Assembly (NCBI GenBank): GCA_002269645.1
Contig: NIVC01000385.1
Location: forward strand, 372,001 to 436,000
Direction of reading: 5' to 3'
Origin: Macrostomum lignano
Lineage: Eukaryota
Length of the DNA: 64,000 nt
Shown: positions 1 to 11,900 of the stretch, piece after piece
Numbering within the stretch: the stretch's first letter is position 1
Layout of the letters: each line of letters opens with the position of its first letter
Notes under the pieces: generated by a model
The model's database searches: none
What the model saw: the letters and a program-made list of their open reading frames with translations, nothing else
Told to the model about the DNA's origin: nothing
Position numbers and translations under genes: made by a program

Positions 1-932
1 GAGATTAGTCTGTGCTACAGGACATCGTTTTAGGGGAACCACTGGAGGCCGCTATCTTTCAAGGAGTGTGAGGCTCCTTTAAGCATAAGAGCGGCTCACA
101 GTCCAATCACACGATGTACTCCGGATTTTCCGTCCAATGAATTTGGTTAAAAGGCACTTAAATGTTCGGATAAGCTACGACTTTCAAAGATAGCGATACA
201 AATATGGCTTTCGTTTTGGCTTTGACATAATAAGATACAGGTATATAGCTCGTACGAAACAGCCTGTTATCAATCATTACTTCATAGTGTGTGATTGTGT
301 AAATGCATCATTCCCTGCAGCACGGGTGGCCAGTTGCATCACTTATAATTGCGATCTTAGAGGAATTTTTAGTAGCTCAAGGTAGAGAGGAGACTCAATT
401 CTGTGATGCAATATCGTGATTTTTTTTATAAAAATTGTCTTGAAATTAATAGCATATAATAGTTCCGTCTTTGTCGTCCAAGCCTCAAATCCATTATACA
501 TATTGTTGCTTACAAATTTGTTATTTTATCGCAAAAAAACAACGTTTTCACGATTACAACAAATCGACAAATTTAGCTACCAATTTACCTAACAGACACA
601 AAACAGACACCAAACAGACAGTTTTTGAAAATGGGTCATGTGAAATTTCGATTTACGTGGACCTCGAAAATCGGTTCAGGTGGACCGAGTAAAAGGTCCA
701 GGTAAACTGAAACCGTTGTAACTTGGAACCAAAAGAACTTCGAGTGAGCAACTTTAGGGACCACGATCGTTTTCTGCTAGACTCCATCATAGGTCTATGT
801 AAAACATCTTTAACCTTTCATGTAGAAATATATATGGTGGTCCACGTAAGGGGTCCAGTTAAAACGGGTGGTCCATGTAAGGAGGGAAAATACTGACGAA
901 AGGTCCAAGTCCAAGTAAACACACAGACATTA

Positions 933-960
933 ACACAGACAGACAGACAGACAGACACGC

Positions 961-1039
<79 letters not shown>

Positions 1040-1068
1040 TAAACAGACAGACAGACAGACACACAGGC

Positions 1069-1107
<39 letters not shown>

Positions 1108-1164
1108 TAGACAGACAGACAGACAGACACACAGGCAGACAGACAGACAGACAGGCAGGCAGGC

Positions 1165-1217
<53 letters not shown>

Positions 1218-1240
1218 CACAGACAGACAGACAGAGAGAG
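933..1240. repeat. (CAGA)n microsatellite
   Basis: Near-pure CAGA tetramer run; source of the VCLS ORFs. Confidence 0.97.
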
Positions 1241-1592
1241 AACCAGACTGCACAAGGAGTCTACGGAATCAAATAAAAATACTTGCACTTTAGCGCTGAC
1301 TGAATCAATGATTTCGCACAAAAAATTATTTTAGTTTTCGACATTTCGTTATAAATACGCTTTTTTAATTGTTCCGCACTACTAAATAGTAGCTAATAAA
1401 TAATATTAATGGTAAAATGTGCAAAAGTTTGATCAATAAAAATCACTGAAGTGTTGGCTTTATCCATTGTACTTGTATCTTATCAAGAATTGACATTGCA
1501 AAACAATATTAAAACTTTCCAATAATTGCCAATCGTTCTCTTACCAATTTCTTGCGAGTCAAAACAGGATTAACCTAGAGATTGTATATAAA

Positions 1593-1856
1593 GGGGATTG
1601 TACGAAGGCGGTTGAGCATCAGACTTACGACTGAAAGGTCAGGGGTTCGAAGCAAATTGTGTCCTTGAGCAAGACGCTTAACTCAGCATTGCTTCAGTTC
1701 ACCCAGCTGTAAAATGGGTGCCAGCATTAGCTGGGGTAATTGAGGGTGTGTGTGGCGACCTCCCAGTACGAGCTACTTGGACTGAACAGCCGTATGCAGC
1801 CGTCAGATGCGCCGCGCAATAGCTGCGGCTGAGCTGTCGGTTGCACACCTGGGCCA
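1593..1856 (+). mobile_element. tRNA-derived CORE-like SINE, copy 1
   Basis: tRNA-like head (..gaaaggtcaggggttcga B box), then gtgtccttgagcaagacgcttaac..cagttcacccagctgtaaaatggg, which resembles the MIR/CORE domain. Homologous to 49471-49685 and 51938-52197. Confidence 0.85.
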
Positions 1857-1903
1857 ATTTGAGCCCTATGATCCGAAATGTCACACAAAAACATCCCATT
1901 TAC

Positions 1904-4900
1904 CTTCTGTTTTGGCGTCTTCATCAGTTTAGTAATCTTCTTGAAGTGATCCTCGGGGTCAGTTCGGTATACGGCGGAATAGTACCGATCGATGGCCCTG
2001 GTGACTTCGGTTTCTTGCTTGTTAGCTGGCGGTTTGTTGCTGCTGTTGAGCTGCTGCTGGCTGAAGCCGTCAACGTAGACACCCTGGCCAACCAAGGGAT
2101 AGTCCTTGATGGGCTTCTTCTTTAGCGAGGATCTGCATCAGTGGTGAGTTGTGATATCTGTATGCCAAAATTAAAAGCTTAGATTGCATTATTATGAATG
2201 ATTTTGACGCTTGCTAGTAAATATGACCGATATATTTGACAGAAGATCTTTACGACCTTATTTGACTTCATTTGACTTCACATGTATCTTCTAAATGCTC
2301 ATATCTTTAAAATTCTTATAACATCAGAGCGCACATGCATTTATCTTCAGAGTGCTCATAACATCAGAGTGCTCATAACATCAGAGTGCTCATAACATCA
2401 GAGTGCTCATAACATCAGAGTTCTCATAACATCAGAGTGCTCATAACATCAGAGTGCTCATAACATCAGAGTGCTCATAACATCAGAGTGCTCATAACAT
2501 CAGAGTGCTCATAACATCAGAGTGTTCATAACATCAGAGTGCTCATATCTTCAGAGTGCTCATGTCTTCAGAGTGCTCATATCTTCAGAGTGCTCATGTC
2601 TTCAGAGTGCTCATATCTTCAGAGTGCTCATATCTTCAGAGTGCTCATATCTTCAGAGTGCTCATGTCTTCAGAGTGCTCATATCTTCAGAGTGCTCATA
2701 AAATCAGAGTGCTCATAACATCAGAGTGCTCATATCTTCAGAGTGCTCATATCTTCAGAGTGCTCATATCTTCAGAGTGCTCATATCTTCAGAGTGCTCA
2801 TGTCTTCAGAGTGCTCATATCTTCAGAGTGCTCATATCTTCAGAGTGCTCATATCTTCAGAGTGCTCATGTCTTCAGAGTGCTCATATCTTCAGAGTGCT
2901 CATAACATCAGAGTGCTCATAACATCAGTGCTCATATCTTCAGAGTGCTCATATCTTCAGAGTGCTCATATCTTCAGAGTGCTCATATCTTCAGAGTGCT
3001 CATGTCTTCTGAGTGCTCATATCTTTAAAGTGCTCATATCTTCAGAGTGCTCATATCTTCAGAGTGCTCATGTCTTCAGAGTGCTCATATCTTCAGAGTG
3101 CTCATAACATCAGAGTGCTCATAACATCAGAGTGCTCATATCTTCAGAGTGCTCATATCTTCAGAGTGCTCATATCTTCAGAGTGCTCATAACATCAGAG
3201 TTCTTATACCTTCAAAGTGCTCATAACATCAGAGGGCTCATATCTTCAGAGTGCTCATATCTTCAGAGTGCTCATATCTTCAGAGTGCTCATATCTTCAG
3301 AGTGCTCATATCTTCAGAGTGCTCATGTCTTCAGAGTGCTCATATCTTCAGAGTGCTCATAACATCAGAGTGCTCATAACATCAGTGCTCATATCTTCAG
3401 AGTGCTCATATCTTCAGAGTGCTCATATCTTCAGAGTGCTCATATCTTCAGAGTGCTCATGTCTTCTGAGTGCTCATATCTTCAGAGTGCTCATATCTTC
3501 AGAGTGCTCATATCTTCAGAGTGCTCATGTCTTCAGAGTGCTCATATCTTCAGAGTGCTCATAACATCAGAGTGCTCATAACATCAGAGTGCTCATATCT
3601 TCATAGTGCTCATATCTTCATAGTGCCCATATCTTCAGAGTGCTCATAACATCAGAGTTCTTATACCTTCAAAGTGCTCATAACATCAGAGGGCTCATAT
3701 CTTCAGAGTGCCCATCCCTTCAGAGTGCTTCTCACAGAGAAACTTACTTCTCCTGCCCATACAGCACGGTCACTCGGTCCTTGGCCTTCTCCGACCAGTT
3801 CTTCATCCTGGCAAAGATGGCCAGCGGCACAGTCCCGCTGCCGTAGCCGATGCGACTCCACTGTTTTGTTAGCAGAAAGCTGGCGCACGATTTCTGCTTC
3901 TGGCGCAGAGCCAAATTCAGCGGCTGCAGGCCGGCACCATCGCGGACCATGATTGAGCAGACATTGTGGTGCACGAATCCGCGCAGCACCGATAGCTGGC
4001 CCATCTCGACAGCCTCGTGAATCGGAGTCTTCTTCAGGTCTGGATGTCGCTCGGCTGTGCACCACTGTTTCAGCGGGTGCGGACCGACAGCCTCATCGGC
4101 TCGAACTCCGTGCTGCCTCGTCAGGGTAGTGCTCAATTCCACCTGACCGAAATGAGCAGCCATGTACAGGGCCACTTTCATCTGGAATTTGGCCAGCACT
4201 TCGTCAGTTGGCGAAATCTTCTCCAACAGGTGGCTGGTGAAACCCAGTGCGGACAGACGCAGCAGGTCGGTCCAGCCGTCCCAGGTCTCAACTCGGACAG
4301 TGTCCCCGGGCTTCACCGAGTACTCGTCCAGGCTGTGACAGTCGAACATTTCCACTCCCTGGCTGGTTGCTAGGCGAAATATTCCCACTGGCAGGCCGCT
4401 GCGCCTGGAGGCCATGCTGCGGAGAGCGGACACGGGGAATCCGGTAAGGTTGAGCCGGTCCAGTATGGGAACCATCTCCTCGTTGTAGCACAGGCGAAGG
4501 TATAGCACGGGATCTGTTTCTTCCTTGACGTAGGCTCGCAGCGTCGAGCCCGGCTTGATGCCCATGTCCGACAGGACCCAGCGGTCGTCCAGTTCGCCAC
4601 CAGCGTACGCCAGCACGAGGGTATTGCGCTCGAAATTGATGTCGCCTAGTTGGACTTGATCCACTCGAATTTTAAATCGATCTGCGTGAGTTTGGTTTGA
4701 GCAGGTTTTTTTGTAGCAATGTGATGCGTTGCAGTGTCGGACAACTTGAGTACCAACATTAGATGATGCTATGTACATCGGGAGGCTGAGTACATACATT
4801 TAGTTGATCGAGTGATGTAGTTTTTTGGTTCCACTTGGCTTTGTGGCTTTGTTATTTGCTATTTCGATCAGGACCGATGAGGGCCAACCCCAAGGCACAG

Positions 4901-5016
4901 AGATGCGTACACAGTCAGTGCTCACCTTTGATTATCTGTTTGATGGCACCTACAGTTTTTCCTTCCGGCACGTCCATCGTGTTGCGACCGTTTTCGTGGC
5001 ATATAAATAGGCGCAT
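1904..5016 (-). CDS. ANKUB1: Ankyrin repeat and ubiquitin-like domain protein, 3' incomplete; exons 5016-4926, 4681-3748, 2132-1904
   Basis: Exons join in phase (1, then 2) with GT-AG sites: MRLFICHENG..IIK|DRFKIR..two Ubl-like segments..ETWDGW..KVALYMAAHFG..HP..WC..H..K.PIHEA ankyrin region..|KSSLKKKPIKDYPLVGQGVYVDGF. Motifs match my recollection of vertebrate ANKUB1 (LDVWDGW, RVALYIAAF, VGDTVMVDGF). Exons downstream of 1904 could not be placed. Confidence 0.85.
2318..3735. repeat. 17-bp minisatellite (cttcagagtgctcatat / catcagagtgctcataa), about 80 units, in ANKUB1 intron 2
   Basis: Direct tandem periodicity; carries a higher-order period of about 457 bp. Confidence 0.97.
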
Positions 5017-5164
5017 CTTCTTGCGCTGTGGGATTTTTATTCGAATGAAAATAAGGATTTTAGAATGCAATATGCGATAGTAGGGTTCGAAATTGCCCAA
5101 GGTTTTTGCCACTAGACTACTGTCAGTGAAAATGATGGACAAAAACAGTTATCATATAGGGCTT

Positions 5165-5977
5165 CAACAGCCAGCGGTTAACCACCCAGAGCTGTATAAG
5201 CCATCGGTTAACCATCCAGAGCTTTAAAAACAGTCAGTCAAGCACCCAGAGCTTTAAAGATAGTCAGTTAACCATTCAGAGCTTTAAAAACAGTCAGTCA
5301 AGCACCCAGAGCTTTAAAGATAGTCAGTTAACCATTCAGAGCTTTAAAGATAGTCAGTTAACCATCCAGAGCTTTAAAGATAGTCAGTTAACCATCCAGA
5401 GCTTTAAAGACAGTCAGTTAACCATCCAAAGCTTTAAAGACAGTCAGTTAACCATCCAGAGCTTTAAAGCCAGCCAGTTAACCATCCAGAGCTTTAAAGA
5501 CATTCAGTTAACCATCCAGAGCTTTAAAGACAGTCAGTTAACCATCCAAAGCTTTAAAGACAGTCAGTTAACCATCCAGAGCTTTAAAGACAGTCAGTTA
5601 ACCATCCAAAGCTTTAAAGACATTCAGTTAACCATCCAGAGCTTTAAAGACAGCCAGTTAACCATCCAAAGCTTTAAAGACAGTCAGTTAACCATCCAGA
5701 GCTTTAAAGACATTCAGTTAACCATCCAGAGCTTTAAAGACAGCCAGTTAACCATCCAAAGCTTTAAAGACAGTCAGTTAACCATCCAGAGCTTTAAAGA
5801 CATTCAGTTAACCATCCAGAGCTTTAAAGCCAGCCAGTTAACCATCCAGAGCTTTAAAGACAGTCAGTTAACCATCCAGAGCTTTAAAGACAGTCAGTTA
5901 ACCATCCAGAACTTTAAAGACAGTCAGTTAACCATCCAGAACTTTAAAGACAGTCAGTTAACCATCCAAAGCTTTAA
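5165..5977. repeat. 30-bp minisatellite (gctttaaagacagtcagttaaccatccaga), about 27 units
   Basis: Units align at 30-bp spacing; lies just upstream of ANKUB1. Confidence 0.97.
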
Positions 5978-6680
5978 AAGCGGTTTCACTTCAGCAGTTA
6001 CCTTCTGGATATTGTATAAACTACAAGAAAAGTACACAAAACCACTGCACGCACCTCTCCAACAGAGTTAAAACATGTTGAATCGGCCAGTGTTGCAGCC
6101 GACTCAGCGCCTGTCGATGGCCGACTATTGTAAGCGCCTCTGTCCGCCTCCGGCTCCATTGGCGACTGGCGAGATTTCATCATTTCTGTTGCTAAGGCCC
6201 TCGTCGCCGTCTCACTCGAGGTAGCGCACAGAGCATCTGAGCGTGTCTCACCCACTGTGCCAGTCGCTGTTTATGCAGCGACCAATCTTTTATAATGACC
6301 CAACGGCTATGCTTGCACTTAGTTGCTTGAGCGGTTACCTGCAGTTACACCCTCTCTCCTCCTATTATAACTATGCTTGCTTATACCTGGTAGCTCTGAA
6401 CAACTGAACACTGCCATTATTCTGTTAGTTTCTTTCGTCTCCTACTACAAAACTTATTCGAATGCAAGACACTTGCTAAATATTTTGTGTACATTTGAAA
6501 GACAGTAGCTATTAAAAAGGTTCTATTTGGGTGGCGTACGGTACGCAAAGGGGGCCAGGAGGGAGGGGGAGACCCCACCTCAATGCCCATCCGAAAACTA
6601 AATGAAACAGGTAACAAAGCTCGATGAATTGCTAGGAGCTCAACTTTTGCCTCACCTTGGACATGGCAGCCATGCACAGG

Positions 6681-7262
6681 CTAGGGCGCCCACCAAGAGA
6701 TAGGGACACCCACCAAGAGTCAGGGACACCCACCAAGAGTCAGGGACACCCACCAAGAGTCAGGGACACCCACCAAGAGTCAGGGACACCCAGCAAGAGT
6801 CAGGGGCGCCCACCAAGAGTCAGGGACAACCACCAAGAGTCAGGGACACCCACCAAGAGTCAGGGACACCCACCAAGAGACAGGGACACCCACCAAGAGT
6901 CAGGGACACCCACCAAGAGACAGGGACACCCACCAAGAGTCAGGGACACCCACCAAGAGTCAGGGACACCCACCAAGAGTCAGGGACACCCACCAAGAGT
7001 CAGGGACACCCACCAAGAGACAGGGACACCCACCAAGAGTCAGGGACACCCACCAAGAGTCAGGGACACCCACCAAGAGTCAGGGGCGCCCACCAAGAGT
7101 CAGGGGCGCCCACCAAGAGTCAGGGACACCCACCAAGAGTCAGGGGCGCCCACCAAGAGTCAGGGGCGCCCACCAAGAGTCAGGGACAACCACCAAGAGT
7201 CAGGGGCGCCCACCAAGAGTCAGGGACAACCACCAAGAGACAGGGGCGCCCATCAAGAGGCA
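6681..7262. repeat. 20-bp minisatellite (cagggacacccaccaagagt), about 29 units
   Basis: Direct periodicity; same family as 62460-63445 in opposite orientation. Confidence 0.97.
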
Positions 7263-8911
7263 GTTATGATAAACATGTCGTTAAGGGTTTAGGAATAGGA
7301 TTTAAGAATTAGGGATTAAGTTATAACCTGGAAGTAGGCCTAATGACAGCATATATAATACTGTCAGCGATTTCATTAACCCCTACAAAAGTATTCTAAA
7401 CCTGAATTTAAACCCTAACCTACATCCTGTTGCTGTTACAGACCTAAATAGGTAATGAAATTCGCTCAGGAATATCAGAATAAAAATTCTACCACGCAAT
7501 TCAAGCATAATAACTAATTTATGCACAATAAATATCTACTTAGCTAAGGCAGATATTCTTAACAATATTTTTCTATAGCATATTAACTAATAAATGATAC
7601 GGTACAGGCCCAAGAAAAGGAAAAGGTTGTTCGTGTTTCGCAGTCGTACTTTCGGTGCATACCAGCTATATTGTTCATGCGTATAGTGTAGTGTGAGATT
7701 ACTGCTCAATTGCTCATAAATAATTTCTGAACTCTCGCGGCTCTACATGTATTGTTCCACTTATTGGACAGAGGTGCAGGAACCCTATAGGTAAGATCTT
7801 CCTATAATTGCTATGCATTTACATATATGCATACAATAAGGCATGTATATTGGTTTATTGTGCTGCTATATGAACTACGCTCAAATACTACAATTGCTTT
7901 GTACTAATACGAGTACTAGGTATTATAATATAGTAGTCGCCCTACTATTACGAGTAGTAGCCTTTTAATAAGAACAATAAAACAACTAATCTCTCAAATT
8001 TGTTAAGACAGACATATTCCGAAAACAACAGTAATAACAGCAAAAAGCTGGGACGAAATTAGCTATCAAATATTTATATTTGCAGTTGAATTTGTAACGA
8101 ATAGGTTTGCTACCCTTAATTAGTGCATTTTTTATCAAGTCGAGCCAATTCAAAACTGCGTTGACAATAAAAATATAACAAATATAAAAAATATTATACC
8201 ACACCTATACAGACACAGAACAAACAATAGCATGACTACCTGTTGGCTTCATGCTACTTTAAAAAGCAACTCTGTTTCTATGAAAGCATTGAGACAAAAT
8301 TCGTGCATCTTTGCATTGATGATGTAACAATACGGCACAAAAATAGCTACAATGGTATTTAAATATATAAATCAGGGCTTGATGATCAGCAATCAGTTTT
8401 TCCATTCTATTAGTAGCCAGAGCTAATCTCTAATTGATTTCTGGTAGATTTTACTCCAAGCAGAAACAGAATTCAATGAATGAACTTCATCATCACGAAA
8501 GTTGCTGTTGCCGCTGCAGCTGGGGCTGGGATCATGGGGATTTTTCTGGTCCAAAGATGGTCAATTTTAGACTATTTTCCGAATAAATAATACAGATATG
8601 CTGTTTTTATAATTTGTAAAAGAGAAAAGGATTGTTTGGTATGATGAGCAAAATTAAAAGACAATAGAGAACTTAATAAAATTGATGAGATACAATAAAC
8701 TGGCAAAAAGCCTGCTATAAAATTCGACAATGACAAAAACAATGTATATAAACGTAGAGACGCTGCCCAAAAGGTAGGCAGTAGCATAATAGGGGTTTTA
8801 ACGTATTTTTCCCCTAAACGACAAAAAAGCAATTTAATGTCTATTGAAGTTTTTTGTCAGGCTGGTGAATTTACTGGATTATTTACCCATCTTTCTGCAT
8901 AGCAACCAGAT

Positions 8912-11900
8912 TTACATGAGCTCGCATTTGAGTTTGCGCCCCGCGCCTCTGTGCCGTTTTTTCTCTTTCGCCGGCGCCGCCTCGCGTGGCTGATTTCGGA
9001 CAATTCGTACGATTGCGCTGAAGGCTTCATCAACATTGAATGGCGGGTCTTTAGCGCTGGTCTCGATGTACTGGATCTGAGGGTGGGGGTTCGATTCTTG
9101 AGATGTTTTACTACCGATTCTTGGGGGTTGATAAACACAGACAGAGCCTACCACTAAACAAGGCCTAGCACTTCGTCCCGATGGCAGACAAAGACATTGA
9201 AACAAAACGGCTATTTGTACCGGCTAGATTCTTTTGAATACCTGCGAATGCAATTCGGCCGCCGAAACGCTGCTAATACGTTCCAACGGTACGTAGACTC
9301 CATCTTCCGCGAGCTTCCGTTCGTAACGCAATACATTGAAAACATCCTGGTATATAGCCAGTCGCAAGAAAAGCACCAAGGTCACGTGAAAGCTATGTAT
9401 GCTACGACACTTTAGCGACAAAGGTTTAGGCGTCGATTCTGCGACGCGCCAGCTCTTTCGCGACTCAGTGCAGTTTCTTGGCAACCTCGTCGCTTCCGAC
9501 AGCATTCGGCCGCTGAAACTCGAGTTTCCCACTGATTATCAATCATTGCAAAGCCACCACGGAATGTTTTTTTTACCAGCGGCTCATTCCCAACTATGCC
9601 GATAACGCCGTCCTGCCACGACAGCTCGTCAATGCTTCTTTCATCTAGACAAGTCGATACGAAGGCGCTTGGAAGGCATCTCAAGAGCCGTTTACAGTCA
9701 CAACAGATTTCAGCGCCACCGCCATTGAAGAAGCTTTCAACCAGGTAGTAGCTGGGCAGTCTTCATTATTGGCTTTCTACTTACACAAGCTATTCAATAC
9801 AGAAGCAGCAGGCTGAGAGCTACTCCCTACTTTTCCGCGGTCAAGACAGAAGTACATGATCCAGGATCAACAGACCTCCATGTTCTGCGATCACAAACCC
9901 ATCATCGGAGTGTTCGAGAATAGGAAAGGGTGTTTCTCTGACCGGCAGCAACTCTAACTATCCAAAGACAATATCGTGGCCGACGCGCTATAACAACAGC
10001 TGGTCTACCCTGCCTAGGACCAACCAATAGCTACTGTTCGGCTCAAATCTGATATTCCGCAATGCGTGGACCTGCCAGTCGTCGCTTGGGCACAGTTAGA
10101 GCCCGGAGACCGATTCTTTAACAGGTGGTTTTAGCAACTTCGACATGTTGCGTAGGCTTTGTATTTATGTTTCGTTGTTAGTTATAGTTGTAGGTCTCAT
10201 TTTAGTATATCGAAGATATGTACATCTCCGGGCCCCGCCCCCCATTATCGCTTAGTGTACATGCAATCTCAGCCCCACCCCAATCTTTTGTGTGTCATTT
10301 AGCAGTTAAATATAAAAGGAACGATGGATTGAATTTGTTCGTGAGAGTGCGTTGTGGCAATAGTCAAAAACCTGCCGAGAGTTTGAGCAAAAGTTATTTG
10401 TCTTGAGAACACGACATGGGCATCAAGGACTGCCCGCTGCGGTGCGTCTTTGTCTAGTAGACAAACCTACGCCGTGTTCGATTCGTTGCATTCGTTCGCA
10501 AATCATTGAAGCAAGGCTACTCAACGGCTCATTACGCTTGTATTTATCGTTTCTTTTGTCTGGACATGGCTATCGTCGATATCCTAAAATTGATGGCCCA
10601 ATGTCAACAGTGTAAGACAGGTTGTCACGGCTACCGATGTCAGTCCAAGGCCTCGCTACTTGCTCACGATGGTCGACGCGGATTCGCGCTGGATTTGAAG
10701 CCATCCGACATCGTCGACAAGTCAGCCGCACTTTCTAGAATCCAGGATTTCGCGGTTCGGCCCACCATTGACGGTCGTGACGAGTGACCAGGGCTGGCAG
10801 TTCCGCGTGGAGCTCATGCAGAGTTTGACGATACTGCTCGGAATTTTTTATTACACCCGCACACCAACCTAAAACATCCGAGAGCGAATGGCATCGCTGA
10901 GTATCTATCGGACGCTGAATGTTGGGTTGAGAGTACGCAGAAAGGACTGGCTCCAGCAGCTACCTGTTGTGCTCCGCGAGATGCATATGGTCCACTGCCA
11001 AGGAGCTGTTTACAAGCTTGCACCAGCTGTTTTTTCCTTACACCCAACTATGGACGAACGCGTCTCCGTCCTTCAACTTCCGTCTGCTTTGGTTGCATGC
11101 ATGTACCCACGCATGACTTTAGACAGAGTTTTAGACAGACACCAGACAACATTCACGTTAGAAACCAACAGCAAGCCTTCAGTGGTGTCAATCGATCGTA
11201 TAAAACCAGCTACACCCTCGCATCGGACTCGGTTGATGTTGCAGTGCTTATAGTTTGCTGCGCATACATTGATTAAAAATATTAAACCTGTCTGATCAGT
11301 TTTCTCTACCGTACATTGTTTTGTTCACACTTCCTTTACTTTGTTCTCAGATGGTGTGTTTGTAGCGCCTTGTTTCGTAAACGTGTGTACTTAAATAAAA
11401 GTAGTAGCAGAATTCTCCCAGAGATATTCTAACGACGTTCCTTTCCTTGCGTACTACATGTACCACAGCCAACATGTACTCCAAACTTACTATAATTATA
11501 AGCTAATATAAGATGAAATATATTTAATCCAACGAACTCACTTTAAGTTGACTTGCCAGGGCTTTGCCCTCGTCCTCAAACACCTGCCTCAGGTGCACGA
11601 TATCCACCTTATTAGCCAGTAGAATCATTGGATAATGTTCGCGATCTTTAACGCGCAAAATTTGCGTATGAAAATGTCGAATATCTTCGAAACTTTTTCG
11701 ATCAGTAACGGAATAGACTAACAGAAAGCCGTCGCCTTTGCGCATGTACTGCTCTCGCATGGCAGAGAACTCATCTTGACCTGCAAAGACATAACAAAGT
11801 AGTAACGGCACGTTCAGATTAGAAAACAACAGTATAAAAATCACATAGGTGACCCCTAAGCACGAACATGGTGCACATCACAGTGCGTACTGTGCCAGCG

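Noticed and set aside
818-1321. VCLS-repeat ORFs, also 22798-23688 (RQTD/VCLS)
   Set aside because: Translations of (CAGA)n microsatellites. Only the 5' part of 22798-23688 (22933-23049) is a real exon.
2556-3846. SECSYLQSAH-repeat ORFs
   Set aside because: Products of the 17-bp intronic array, antisense to ANKUB1.
6657-7292. 211-aa HQESG repeat ORF and the 62108-63465 ORFs
   Set aside because: 20-bp satellite open in several frames with no domain; only the 62100-62460 tail is LINE-derived.
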